Assembly (NCBI GenBank): GCA_963664395.2 | Contig: OY761159.2 | Coordinates: forward strand, 4,480,001-4,544,000 | DNA: 64,000 nt | Reading direction: 5' to 3' | From: Candidatus Binatia bacterium | GTDB taxonomy: Bacteria > Desulfobacterota > Binatia > Bin18 | In this document: positions 31,152 through 40,863 of the stretch, one piece after another | How the letters are laid out: each line of letters begins with the position of its first letter | Position numbering within the stretch: the stretch's first letter is position 1 | Translations under genes and position numbers: made by a program | Notes under the pieces: generated by a model | The model's database searches: none | What the model was told of the DNA's origin: nothing | The model's input: only the letters and a program-made list of their open reading frames with translations

Positions 31152-32894
31152 TTAGTCTGCTGCCGCAGCCGGTTGCAAGCGGGTGGCCCGCAATGCCTCG
31201 GTTTCCGGCATCTTGACCTCGGCCGTGGCCACATCAATCACCACACCATACTGCTCGCGCGCATTCGAGAGAGACAGCTTCTCATCCTGCACGTCGGACA
31301 GAACGCGCGCGGGGTCGCGTTCCAAGGGGTTGCCGTGCCCGCCCGAGCCGGACACGATGTGGTGAATGCAATCGCCTGATTTCACATCCATATGCATATG
31401 GGCTTTGCGCGGTAGCTCCCGGTTCTCTGTTTCTGGATTCAGAATATTCCTGGACAGCGAGCCGGGCGCGCCGCCGGCCATCCCCTCAGACGCCCGAATG
31501 AGACGATTCGTGCGGACCATGACTTTTCCGGGACTCAGGAAGCGCCACTGTTTATAGATGGACACCGAGCCACGATACTTCCCGGCCCCGCCCGTATCCG
31601 GCACATAGCCAAAGCCGTCAACGACCAGCGGAAATTCACGTTCGAGCATTTCGGCTGGAATCGTTCCGTACGACCCAAAGGCCATGGGGGCCACGCCATC
31701 AATTCCGTCCTTATGCGGCCGTCCACCCCAGCCACCAAAGAAAATATCCATCACCGCAAACGGCGTCCCGTCTTCTTTTTCGCCAGTGAAGTGCAACACG
31801 TCCCCGCCCTCTCCAGGGATAGGCACCCGGTCGGGCAGCGCCTTTGCCAGGGCCCGAAACAGCATATCGAAAACGCGAAAGAATAAAGGGGCACGCCCAC
31901 CAACCGCGGCAGGAAAGCGCGGATTCACCAAGCTGCCAGCGGGCGCAATGACGTGTATGGGTCGAATAAATCCCACATTGGTTAAGACATCCGGACTGAC
32001 AATACTCTTGACCGCGCCATACACCGTCGCCTCAGTCATACTCAGCGGCAGGTTAATAGCACCGCGCGCCTGCGGTCCGGTCCCGGTAAAATCAACGCTC
32101 AGGGTTTCGCCTGCTGCGCGCAAAGTCACTTTGAGCGGCAGAGCCACACCGTCGGAGCCAAAGCCGTCATCCTCAAAGGCGTCTTCATGCACATACTCGC
32201 CGACAGGAATCTCTTTGATGGCAGCCCGCGTAGCCTTTTCCGCATAGGCAATCAAATAGTCACAGCATGAGTTGAAGGTGTCCAAGCCATATTTTTCGAG
32301 CATGGTTTTCAGCTCTTGCTCACCGCGCCAGCAGCCCGCGATTTTTGCCTCTACATCTCCCAGCCATTCGTCGGACACCCGGACGTTGGCCAGAATCGTC
32401 TCCAGGAGGGCGTCGTTGCGTTCACCAGCGTTATACAGCTTGAGGAGCGGCAGACGGAGACCCTCTTCAAAGGTCTCCGTACACTGGCTGCTGAATCCAC
32501 CGGGGAAGCGTCCGCCAATGTCGGTGTGGTGCGAGTAGGCCAAGGTAAAAGCGACATGCTGCCCCTTCCAGAACGTGGGCGCAATAATCATCACATCCGG
32601 CATGTGGGTGACACCGGCATACGGATCATTCACCACAATGACATCACCGGGCTTGAACGTTCCAGCGTACTTTTTGAGGACGTACGACATGACGGCGATA
32701 AAGAACGCCAGTTGAAACGGGGCGGCATAGCCCTGACCGATGACCCGTCCTTGGCCATCACACAGAGCGGTGGCAAAGTCTCCCGTTTTGACCATGGCCG
32801 AGCGGCCGGTTTTCCAGACCGCAATCGCCATTTCTTCGGTAATGGCGGCCAGCTCGTTTTTCACGACTTCAACCAGAATAGGATCAAATGCCAT
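31152..32894 (-). CDS. Hydantoinase B/oxoprolinase family
   Basis: FDPILVEV, NDPYAGVTHMPD, HHTDIGG, EEGLRLP, DTGGAGKYRG, GGHGNPLERDP. Confidence 0.95.
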   Translation of the reverse strand: MAFDPILVEVVKNELAAITEEMAIAVWKTGRSAMVKTGDFATALCDGQGRVIGQGYAAPFQLAFFIAVMSYVLKKYAGTFKPGDVIVVNDPYAGVTHMPDVMIIAPTFWKGQHVAFTLAYSHHTDIGGRFPGGFSSQCTETFEEGLRLPLLKLYNAGERNDALLETILANVRVSDEWLGDVEAKIAGCWRGEQELKTMLEKYGLDTFNSCCDYLIAYAEKATRAAIKEIPVGEYVHEDAFEDDGFGSDGVALPLKVTLRAAGETLSVDFTGTGPQARGAINLPLSMTEATVYGAVKSIVSPDVLTNVGFIRPIHVIAPAGSLVNPRFPAAVGGRAPLFFRVFDMLFRALAKALPDRVPIPGEGGDVLHFTGEKEDGTPFAVMDIFFGGWGGRPHKDGIDGVAPMAFGSYGTIPAEMLEREFPLVVDGFGYVPDTGGAGKYRGSVSIYKQWRFLSPGKVMVRTNRLIRASEGMAGGAPGSLSRNILNPETENRELPRKAHMHMDVKSGDCIHHIVSGSGGHGNPLERDPARVLSDVQDEKLSLSNAREQYGVVIDVATAEVKMPETEALRATRLQPAAAAD

Positions 32895-32954
32895 AGCTCT
32901 CCTCCCGGTCCACGCGCCGGCAACGGACAGGACGCGGGCCCTCGCATTCAGCCG

Positions 32955-34700
32955 TCATCCTCCCAGGTCAGACTGCAATGTCGCGCGAAGTTGCGCCGTC
33001 CGGTTCCAGTCAACCTGCTCCGTGCGCTCGTCAATAGCGACCCCGTATTCCCGCTCGGCGTATGCGGGCGAGATTTTCTCGTCCAACACGTCGTCCAGGA
33101 CGCGCTGGGGGTCACGCGCGAGCGGGTCGCCATAGCCGCCTGCACCCGGTTGGATATGCAGCAGGGTTTCTCCGGACCGCACTTCAGTGTCGATGAGCAT
33201 TTCTCGTGGAAGCTGGGTTTCTTCTTCGCCGGAACGCAGCCTGGCATCAAACGGGGTGCCGTCTTTTCCGCCGGCAAGTCCATAGGGAACGGATTTCACT
33301 CGACAGGTTCGGAGCATCACCCGGCCTTCGCCCAGAAAGCGCCATTTACGATACACGGACAGGGCGCCGCGATATTGTCCCGCACCACCGGTGTCCGGCA
33401 AAAAGCCGAAGCCCTCCAGCATGACCGGACATTCCCGCTCAATCATTTCGGCTGGAATGCTGCGCATGGCACCGCCGGCAGCCATAGGGGTGACGCCTTC
33501 CACACCATCGCTATCGGGCCGCGCGCCCCAGCCCGAGGTGTAAATATCCAGCAGCATGGACGGTACGCCCTCGTCAACCTTGGGCGTATACACCAGCAGG
33601 TTCGCCCCGCCCTCGCCGGCGGCGTAGACTTTGTCAGGAATGGCCTGGGCCAGGGCGGCAAACACCATGTCGATAATACGCCACATCAGCATACCGCGCG
33701 CACCGACTGCGCCGGGAAATTTGGGATTGACCACACAGCCCTCGGGAGCAGTCACCTGAATGGGTGCCATGAGCCCCGAGTTTGCCGGCGCATCCGTCTC
33801 AAGAATAGATCGAAAGGCCACGTACACACAGGCGCGGGTGAGATTAAAGGGGACGTTAATCGCGCTACGGACCTGCGCGCCGGTTCCGTCGAAGTCAACC
33901 CGGACGGACTCACCGGCGACAGTCACCACGAGGCGCAAGTTGACCCCTTCCCCGCCCAGACCGTCATCTTCAAACAGATCAGTATACGCATACGACCCAT
34001 CCGGGATGGCAGCGATGCACGCTCGCATGGCCCGTTCACTGTATTGGTGTAACTGTTTGTTACAGGCTTCAAACTGTTCCAGCCCATGTCGCTCAAGCAG
34101 GTCGCGTACCCCCTGGGCACCGCGTCGACAGGCCGCGGCCTGGGCATCCAGGTCGCCGCGCACATCCTCAGGCGCGCGGACATTGGCGGCAATCATATCA
34201 ACCAAATCCTGATTCAGCTCGCCTTGACTGAAGAGCTTGACCCCCGGAATACACACCCCTTCTTCATAGACTTCGGCACAGGCGATCCCCATGCCGCCGG
34301 GGAAGCGCCCGCCGATATCGGTATGGTGTTCCACGATGGCAGCAAAGCCGACCAGTTGTTCCTGCCAGAAAATGGGCATGACCAGAACGATGTCCGGGAA
34401 GTGGGACACCCCGCCGTAGGGATCATTTGAGACAATCACATCGCCAGGGTGGAGGTCGTCGCCAAATTTCTTCAGCACCCACGGCATGACACCCATGATA
34501 TAGCCCAGATGGACGCCGATGGTCAGACCCTGGGCGATCAACATGCCCTGGGCATCGACCAACGCGGTGGAAAAATCAGAGCCTTCCTTGGCCCCCAGCG
34601 AGCGCGCCGTCCGCTTCATGGTAATGCCCATTTCTTCGGCAACCGCGATCAGCTCGTTTTTCATGACTTCGATGAGGATAGGGTCAAATTCGCCGGCCAT
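32955..34700 (-). CDS. Hydantoinase B/oxoprolinase family
   Basis: NDPYGGVSHFPD, HHTDIGG, DTGGAGQYRG, GGYGDPLARDP; start ATG 34700. Confidence 0.95.
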   Translation of the reverse strand: MAGEFDPILIEVMKNELIAVAEEMGITMKRTARSLGAKEGSDFSTALVDAQGMLIAQGLTIGVHLGYIMGVMPWVLKKFGDDLHPGDVIVSNDPYGGVSHFPDIVLVMPIFWQEQLVGFAAIVEHHTDIGGRFPGGMGIACAEVYEEGVCIPGVKLFSQGELNQDLVDMIAANVRAPEDVRGDLDAQAAACRRGAQGVRDLLERHGLEQFEACNKQLHQYSERAMRACIAAIPDGSYAYTDLFEDDGLGGEGVNLRLVVTVAGESVRVDFDGTGAQVRSAINVPFNLTRACVYVAFRSILETDAPANSGLMAPIQVTAPEGCVVNPKFPGAVGARGMLMWRIIDMVFAALAQAIPDKVYAAGEGGANLLVYTPKVDEGVPSMLLDIYTSGWGARPDSDGVEGVTPMAAGGAMRSIPAEMIERECPVMLEGFGFLPDTGGAGQYRGALSVYRKWRFLGEGRVMLRTCRVKSVPYGLAGGKDGTPFDARLRSGEEETQLPREMLIDTEVRSGETLLHIQPGAGGYGDPLARDPQRVLDDVLDEKISPAYAEREYGVAIDERTEQVDWNRTAQLRATLQSDLGG

Positions 34701-34714
34701 GCGCTTTTCCTCGT

Positions 34715-36829
34715 TTAGGCGTTTTTCGCTAAAACAATATTCCCATACTCGTCGACACTCGCCTGCCACTGCGGAGGAACAACAATCGTGGTGTCAAACT
34801 CTTCGACAATCAGAGGACCGACGACGGCATGTTCGACCAAGTCACCGCGGCTCAGAATCCGGGTATCGAGCTCACCTTGTTGCGGACCGAAATAGGCGCG
34901 TCGGGAGTCTGGCTGCGCGGTCTTTTCTGCCGATTGGCTGAAAGACACGCCCAATTCGCTGAAGGACAGGCTTTGTGTCCGGACGGTTGCTTTCAGGCGG
35001 ACGCTGACGATGGCAATAGTATCGTCTTCGCGTCGATATCCATACGTTTGTTCATGCGCAGCATGAAAGCTTTCGGCCAAAACCTGCCGGATGTCGGCTG
35101 CCTCAACACGAGCCGGGACCGGCAGGGTCAGTTCGGATGACTGGCGCTTATAGCGCAAGTCGATCAGGCGTTCATAGGTGATACTCCCCTGACCATCCTG
35201 TTCATCCTGAGAATCCTGATTATCCTGAGAATCCTGATTCGCGTGCGACACCAGGGCCTCAAATTCCTTGAGTAAGGCCGCAGGATTAATGGCATCCAAT
35301 TCCTGTGGAACGCTTTGCACATAGTCATAGCGTATGTCTGCCAACAATAGGCCCAGCGCGCTGAACAGTCCGGGAAAGAGCGGAATATACACCCGCGGCA
35401 TACCCAGATTGTCGGCCAGCGTGGTGGCATGTAGCGGTCCTGACCCCCCAAATGCAATGAGCGTAAACTCGCGTGGATCACGCCCCCGCTCTGTCGTGAC
35501 GGCGCGTATGGCTCGCGTCATGGTCGCGTCGGCCACCTGATGAATCCCGAAGGCCACGTCTTGGACCGACAAATGGAGGCGTGCGCACAGCCGCGTCTCT
35601 ATTGCGGTACGCGCCGCGGCGGCATCAATGGGGACGGTCCCCCCGGCAATTTTGCCCGGGTTCATATACCCCAGAGCCACGTTGGCATCGGTAATGGTCG
35701 GCTCGGTTCCGCCCCGGCCATAGCAGGCAGGTCCGGGGACCGCACTCGCACTCCGAGGACCGACGCGCAACGCGCCCCCGTCGTCTACCCAGGCCAGGCT
35801 TCCCCCGCCCGCGCCGACCTCGACAATATCGTACGCGGGAACGCGCAGCGCATAGCCAGCGCCCTGACTCAGTCGCCCGGCTCGATTGATTCCTGCCCCA
35901 ACCTCACCTTCGGCGGTTTCAACAGCTTGCCCATCTTCTATGAGACACGCTTTGACCGTTGTTCCGCCCATATCAAACGCAACGGCCTGAGAAAGACCGA
36001 TTTCCCGAGCTAAGCCTGCGGCGGCCAATGCGCCGGCCGCAGGACCGGATTCAATCATATGCACGGGGCGGCGGCGGGCATGCGCTGCGGTCATGACCCC
36101 ACCGTTGGATTGCATGATTTGCAGCGTTGGGGGGTATGCCTGTAGTTGCGTTTCCACTTGGTCCAGATAACGATTGACCACGGGCATGAGGTAGGCGTTC
36201 AACGCCGTGGTGGAGGTTCGTTCGTACTCTCGGACTTCGGGGAGGACTTCGGCTGAGGAGCAGACCATGACTTCCGGGAACACCTCACGGATGAGAGCCA
36301 CGGCCCGTTGTTCATGGCTGGGATTGACGTAAGAGTGCAGAAACGCCACGGCAATGGCTTCAACGCCCTGGCGTTTGAGGGTGTGAATAGCCTGGCGTAC
36401 CTCTTCTTCATTGAGCGGAGTTTCCACCTCGCCCTGAACGGTCATGCGTTCGGTGACTTCAATCCGGCGACGGCGCGGTATCAAGGGCGGCGTGCGCTGC
36501 CAAAAAACGTTGTATACGCCGGGTCGCCCAAGGCGTCGAATTTCCAGTTCATCTCGAAAGCCTTTGGTTGTAATCAGCCCGGTCTCCGCCCCTTGTTCTT
36601 CCAAGACCGCGTTGGAGGCTATGGTTGTGCCGTGGACGAGGCTCGTAATAGCGCTCTCCGGGTGCCGGCTTTCGGCATCGGCAATACAGCGCCCAACGTC
36701 TGCTCCAACAGAATCGGGCAGGGTCAAAATTTTATAGGTCAGGAGCTGGCCGTCAGCTCCGGCTATGACAACATCGGTGAAGGTTCCGCCAATGTCAAAG
36801 GCAACACGAAGACTGGCAGGAGTAGGCAT
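34715..36829 (-). CDS. Hydantoinase/oxoprolinase subunit A family
   Basis: DIGGTFTD, HGTTIASNA, ESGPAAG, FDMGGTT, PTITDAN. Confidence 0.95.
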   Translation of the reverse strand: MPTPASLRVAFDIGGTFTDVVIAGADGQLLTYKILTLPDSVGADVGRCIADAESRHPESAITSLVHGTTIASNAVLEEQGAETGLITTKGFRDELEIRRLGRPGVYNVFWQRTPPLIPRRRRIEVTERMTVQGEVETPLNEEEVRQAIHTLKRQGVEAIAVAFLHSYVNPSHEQRAVALIREVFPEVMVCSSAEVLPEVREYERTSTTALNAYLMPVVNRYLDQVETQLQAYPPTLQIMQSNGGVMTAAHARRRPVHMIESGPAAGALAAAGLAREIGLSQAVAFDMGGTTVKACLIEDGQAVETAEGEVGAGINRAGRLSQGAGYALRVPAYDIVEVGAGGGSLAWVDDGGALRVGPRSASAVPGPACYGRGGTEPTITDANVALGYMNPGKIAGGTVPIDAAAARTAIETRLCARLHLSVQDVAFGIHQVADATMTRAIRAVTTERGRDPREFTLIAFGGSGPLHATTLADNLGMPRVYIPLFPGLFSALGLLLADIRYDYVQSVPQELDAINPAALLKEFEALVSHANQDSQDNQDSQDEQDGQGSITYERLIDLRYKRQSSELTLPVPARVEAADIRQVLAESFHAAHEQTYGYRREDDTIAIVSVRLKATVRTQSLSFSELGVSFSQSAEKTAQPDSRRAYFGPQQGELDTRILSRGDLVEHAVVGPLIVEEFDTTIVVPPQWQASVDEYGNIVLAKNA
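35195..35240. repeat. In-frame 9-bp periodic repeat (ATCCTGnnn)x5 encoding QDSQDNQDSQDEQD
   Basis: ATCCTG at 35195, 35204, 35213, 35222, 35231. Confidence 0.9.
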
Positions 36830-36882
36830 ATGTGCAAGGCTGAGAGTAAAAAGCGAAATCGGTTCCCTTTTACCGTATTGCC

Positions 36883-37284
36883 TTACGCCTCGACCATGGC
36901 GATAGCCTCAATCTCAATGAGCAGGTCCTCAAACGCCAACGCCTGGACGCCGATAAGCGTGCTGGCCGGCGCCTTTTCTTGAGGCAGATACTGGCTACGG
37001 ACCTCGCGGATCACACCGATCACGTCCGGTGTGTAATCCACAATATACGTATTGCTCTTCAGCACGTCATCAAACGTGGCCCCGACCGCGGCCAGCGCTT
37101 GTTTGAGGTTTTCAAACGTTTGGACGGCCTGGGCTCGCAAATCGCCCTTGCCCACCAACTCATTATCGGCATTAAAGGAAACTTGGCCTGAGATAAAAAC
37201 AATTTTCCCCTCGGTCGCGGTCACAACCTGAGAGAAGCCCGGCAAAACGGGCATACCCGCTGGATTCAGAAATTCCTTTTCCAT
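36883..37284 (-). CDS. RidA/YjgF family protein
   Basis: FISGQV, QAVQTFENLKQAL, PASTLIGVQAL, LIEIEAIA. Confidence 0.93.
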   Translation of the reverse strand: MEKEFLNPAGMPVLPGFSQVVTATEGKIVFISGQVSFNADNELVGKGDLRAQAVQTFENLKQALAAVGATFDDVLKSNTYIVDYTPDVIGVIREVRSQYLPQEKAPASTLIGVQALAFEDLLIEIEAIAMVEA

Positions 37285-37318
37285 ACTTTTCTCCTATTCC
37301 TCTCTTTCCCTGCGAACC

Positions 37319-37387
37319 GGGCAACCACAGGGGGTTGCCCCTACATTTTGCTCCCTCTCCCCTTGAGGGAGAGGGCTGGGGTGAGGG
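37319..37387. repeat. Adjacent GTAG-family REP and CCCTCACCC-family REP
   Basis: GGGCAACCACAGGGGGTTGCCCCTAC followed by CTCCCTCTCCCCTTGAGGGAGAGGGCTGGGGTGAGGG. Confidence 0.8.
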
Positions 37388-37413
37388 TCTTTTCCTCATA
37401 GGGTCTTTCTGCG

Positions 37414-38499
37414 TCAGGGCCGTACTTCATAATAGGCGTTGAACGGATTGTCAAAGTCGTGACGGGTAAAGCGGGTGAACCCGGCGTCACGCGTCATGCT
37501 CTGCGCGACCTGTTCATTAAAGCCCAAGGTGCCAAGGCCGGCGCCGCCCGGCTCGGATAAGGCCGAGGACATACAACCCATAACCGAGAAGGCATACATC
37601 AGACCAGTCATGGGCCTCTTCAGATTCTCTTCAAACGTCGGGGCGCTCTTGATATCGGCGATCAGCCAGGTTCCGTCCGGCCTGAGCGCCGACCGAATGG
37701 CCCGAATGGCTTCTGCCGGATGGGTCATATCGTGAATGCAGTCAAAGGTGGTGATGAAGTCAAAACTCGCATCAGCCGGCAACCCATCCTGGGCCGCATG
37801 GTGAAACCGGAGGTTGGTCAGTCCGGCCTCAGCTTTGTTCGCGTTGGCGCGAGCCAGCGCGTGCGCCGAGATGTCATAGCCGTGAAAGTCTGCCTGCGGG
37901 AAGGCCGCGGCCATTTGAATCAGCGCAATCCCGGCGCCGCAGCCCACGTCCGCCACCTTTGCACCGGCTTGCAGCCTGGACTCGACACCGTCCAATGCAG
38001 GCAGGACGAGGGGAATCAGCGCATGCCGGTACCAGGGCGCAAACACGCGCTCGATGCCGCGGGCGCCCTCCGGCCCACGCGCGTCGTAGGGCAAGCCCAG
38101 GCCGGTGCGAAAGGCTTCGGGCAGTTTTTCCAATATGGCCATGCGTTGCGGCAAATCGCTGAAAATACCCGCCGCAAACTTAGGGCTGTCTTCATCCGCA
38201 AGAATCATGGCCATTTCCGGCGAGAGTGCAAAACGTTCCTCACCCACATACTCAAGCAACTGTGCCGCGGCCTGACCTCGCAGCCACTCCCGCACCCAGC
38301 GTTCGCTCAAGCCCGTTTTGTTGGCAAGCTCAGCACTTGTTACAGGCCCGGCACCGGTCAGCGCCCGGTACAGCCCGAGCCGATCTCCCAAGTGTATCAT
38401 CGCCGAGAGCAACGCGCCGCTCAGCAGGCCAAAGACCTTTTGACCACTGGCCTTGAGTTTTTCCGGGTCTATGGACGTATCAGACTGCTGTGTTGACAT
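37414..38499 (-). CDS. Class I SAM-dependent methyltransferase with N-terminal winged HTH (Rv2258c-like)
   Basis: HLGDRLGLY, ERWVREWL, VADVGCGAG, FDCIHDMTHP. Confidence 0.9.
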   Translation of the reverse strand: MSTQQSDTSIDPEKLKASGQKVFGLLSGALLSAMIHLGDRLGLYRALTGAGPVTSAELANKTGLSERWVREWLRGQAAAQLLEYVGEERFALSPEMAMILADEDSPKFAAGIFSDLPQRMAILEKLPEAFRTGLGLPYDARGPEGARGIERVFAPWYRHALIPLVLPALDGVESRLQAGAKVADVGCGAGIALIQMAAAFPQADFHGYDISAHALARANANKAEAGLTNLRFHHAAQDGLPADASFDFITTFDCIHDMTHPAEAIRAIRSALRPDGTWLIADIKSAPTFEENLKRPMTGLMYAFSVMGCMSSALSEPGGAGLGTLGFNEQVAQSMTRDAGFTRFTRHDFDNPFNAYYEVRP

Positions 38500-38524
38500 A
38501 TCCTCAGATTCTCCAGCTTGATAC

Positions 38525-38561
38525 CTCCCTCTCCCTTTGAGGGAGAGGGTCAGGGTGAGGG
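38525..38561. repeat. REP-like palindrome (CCCTCACCC family)
   Basis: CTCCCTCTCCCTTTGAGGGAGAGGGTCAGGGTGAGGG. Confidence 0.85.
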
Positions 38562-38573
38562 GCGCTCAAATAC

Positions 38574-39020
38574 CTACATTCCACTAATCAGTTCGAGAAT
38601 GGTTCCGTCCGGGTCTTTGAAGCAGACGACGCCTATCTCTGCGCCGCCCGGTCCTTTAATTTTTTTGAGCGGAGCCACAAACTGAACCTCCATCTTTTGA
38701 AGGTCAGCATAGGTCTGGTCGATATCGTCCACAGTGAAGGCGATACGGCAAATACCGATATTATTGAGAGACGGGTATGGCTGGCCTTGTGGGGGCGGAT
38801 CAATAAACTGGACCAGGTCAAGCACCGGAGCGTTCTCATCGTCTCCCAAACGCATAAATACGCCGCGCAGCTTCCGCGCGTCGAGTCCAAGCGCTTCGCC
38901 GACCGTCGGGTCCTCAAGTGTAAAATCGTTTACCTTGTTAAAGCCGATCTTTTCGTAAAACCCGATGGAGCGTTCCATATCGCGGACGCAGACATTAACG
39001 TGAAAAAGCTTTTCTAACAT
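38574..39020 (-). CDS. VOC/glyoxalase family protein
   Basis: HVNVCVRDMERSIGFY, RIAFTVDDID, FKDPDGTILEL. Confidence 0.93.
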   Translation of the reverse strand: MLEKLFHVNVCVRDMERSIGFYEKIGFNKVNDFTLEDPTVGEALGLDARKLRGVFMRLGDDENAPVLDLVQFIDPPPQGQPYPSLNNIGICRIAFTVDDIDQTYADLQKMEVQFVAPLKKIKGPGGAEIGVVCFKDPDGTILELISGM

Positions 39021-39044
39021 TGGGGCTCCCTCCTGTGCAAAAAG

Positions 39045-39072
39045 GTAGGGGCAGTTGGTGAACCGCCCCTAC
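39045..39072. repeat. GTAG-family REP palindrome
   Basis: GTAGGGGCAGTTGGTGAACCGCCCCTAC; relatives at 37319, 42190 and 53990. Confidence 0.75.
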
Positions 39073-39128
39073 TGTTATCACGCAGTTATCATGAAATATC
39101 CGTTTTCTATTCCATCACTCGCGTACTG

Positions 39129-40811
39129 CTACGCTTGACCCGAACGTAACACCTGACCCGGCATGGCACCCGTATGTTTCCCATCGTCGAACAGCACTTC
39201 TCCATTCACGATTGTGTACTGGACGCCTCGGGCCGGCATGACTAAGCGCCGACCGCCCCCAGGCAAGTCGTTTCGCATTTCACCGCGGCGGGCAGAGCCA
39301 ACTGTGTTGTAGTCAAAAATCGCAAAGTCAGCCGCCATTCCTTTTTCGATCTTGCCCCGTGTGGTCATACCATAGAACGCGGCCGGCTCTGAGGTAATCC
39401 GCCTCACCGCATGCTCAAGCGTCAGGGCTTGCCTCTCCCGCACCCAGGTGCCAAGCAGATAGGTGCAGTAGCCGGCGTCACACAGCATGTCCACGTGGGC
39501 TCCACCGTCTGACAAGCCGACCATGACCTGATCGTGCGTAATCAGCTCGGGAATGCGATCTTCATCGGCGTTGAACAGCTCATAGGTGTACTCGAGTTGC
39601 AAGTCATCTTCGATGCACAGGTCCAAAAAGGTATCGAGCCCGTCTTTGCCGCGCTCTTTGGCAATCTCGGCCACGCTCTTGCCCATCAGGGATTGCATGG
39701 CGGGATTACCGACCTCATGGACGATGGCGCGTTCCCATTTGCCCGAGAATACCTTGGGCGACTCCATCTCTTTGCGGAATGCCGCCCGAAAGGATTCATC
39801 CCTGTAGAATTCCTTCTGCTTCTCAATCGGCTGGTCAAAGGCCGGCTTCCAACAGGGCAGATTGGCAAAGATGAAGGGTTTGCGCAGGTCGATCTGAATA
39901 ATCAGCGGACGGCAGGTCACCTGTGGAACCGCGCCCTTCTCGAACAGTGGCTCAATCGTGCGCAGGGTATTCATGGCCGCCTCCGGTTGATCGTCCCGAT
40001 TCAGCAACGCCAGCCACGTGACCTGACGGCCGCTTTCGGTCAGGAGCAGATCCAATAACGCATGCTCTGCCTCGTCAACAATAGAGACACTATTGGTCAG
40101 GGCGAGTTCGATACTGCCCTTGCCGAGTTCTTTAAGCGCGTTGCAGTAGGCCTTGAGTTCGTCCCGACTGGCGTTGCGGCAAGCAATCGGACGGCCCTTA
40201 TAGCCGATGTGCTGGGCGACATTCGTGGTCGAAAAGCCAAAGGCGCCGGCAGCCACCGCCTCTTTAATAAGGGCCTTGATCTGCACGATTTCCGCTTGTG
40301 TTGCGCCCCGCTCCATCGACTCCTCACCCATCACAAAATGGCGAAATGGGGTCAACGCAGCCATGAAACCGATATTGATTCCGCTCCCACGTCTTTCCGC
40401 AGCATCCATATATTCCGGGAAGGTTTCCCAATCCCAGGTCACGCCCTTGCCAAGTACCTCAATCGGGATAGCTTCAACGTTGACCAAATCCCAGGCAGCA
40501 ATTTCATGCACGTCGGGTTTGCACGGCGCCAACCCGACACCGCAATTGCCCATCACCAGACTCGTGACGCCATGCCAGGAAGAGGACGTAATAAGCGGGT
40601 CCCAACAAATCTGGGCGTCATAGTGCGTATGCGGGTCAACAAAGCCAGGCGCAACAATCAGGTCCGAGGCATCCACGACCTGCTTGGCTCCATCAGAGAC
40701 TTTACCAATTTCGGCAATTTTTCCGTTGGCTACCGCAATGTCGGCCCGGTAGCGTTCTGCGCCGGTCCCATCCACAACGGTTCCGTTTTTGATAACCAGA
40801 TCGTATGACAT
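39129..40811 (-). CDS. Amidohydrolase, N-acyl-D-amino-acid deacylase family
   Basis: PGFVDPHTHYDAQ, MGNCGVG, SDGGAHV. Confidence 0.92.
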   Translation of the reverse strand: MSYDLVIKNGTVVDGTGAERYRADIAVANGKIAEIGKVSDGAKQVVDASDLIVAPGFVDPHTHYDAQICWDPLITSSSWHGVTSLVMGNCGVGLAPCKPDVHEIAAWDLVNVEAIPIEVLGKGVTWDWETFPEYMDAAERRGSGINIGFMAALTPFRHFVMGEESMERGATQAEIVQIKALIKEAVAAGAFGFSTTNVAQHIGYKGRPIACRNASRDELKAYCNALKELGKGSIELALTNSVSIVDEAEHALLDLLLTESGRQVTWLALLNRDDQPEAAMNTLRTIEPLFEKGAVPQVTCRPLIIQIDLRKPFIFANLPCWKPAFDQPIEKQKEFYRDESFRAAFRKEMESPKVFSGKWERAIVHEVGNPAMQSLMGKSVAEIAKERGKDGLDTFLDLCIEDDLQLEYTYELFNADEDRIPELITHDQVMVGLSDGGAHVDMLCDAGYCTYLLGTWVRERQALTLEHAVRRITSEPAAFYGMTTRGKIEKGMAADFAIFDYNTVGSARRGEMRNDLPGGGRRLVMPARGVQYTIVNGEVLFDDGKHTGAMPGQVLRSGQA

Positions 40812-40863
40812 GACACCCTCCTCTAGTTCTGGGGGTTAGGTTTTAATCCCCAATCCCTCATTA

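Noticed and set aside
32316-34052. Long antisense ORFs (also 42214..43587, 45219..46427, 23644..24672, 17929..18918, 3498..4343)
   Set aside because: Shadow frames of well-supported genes on the opposite strand, expected in high-GC DNA; no recognisable motifs.
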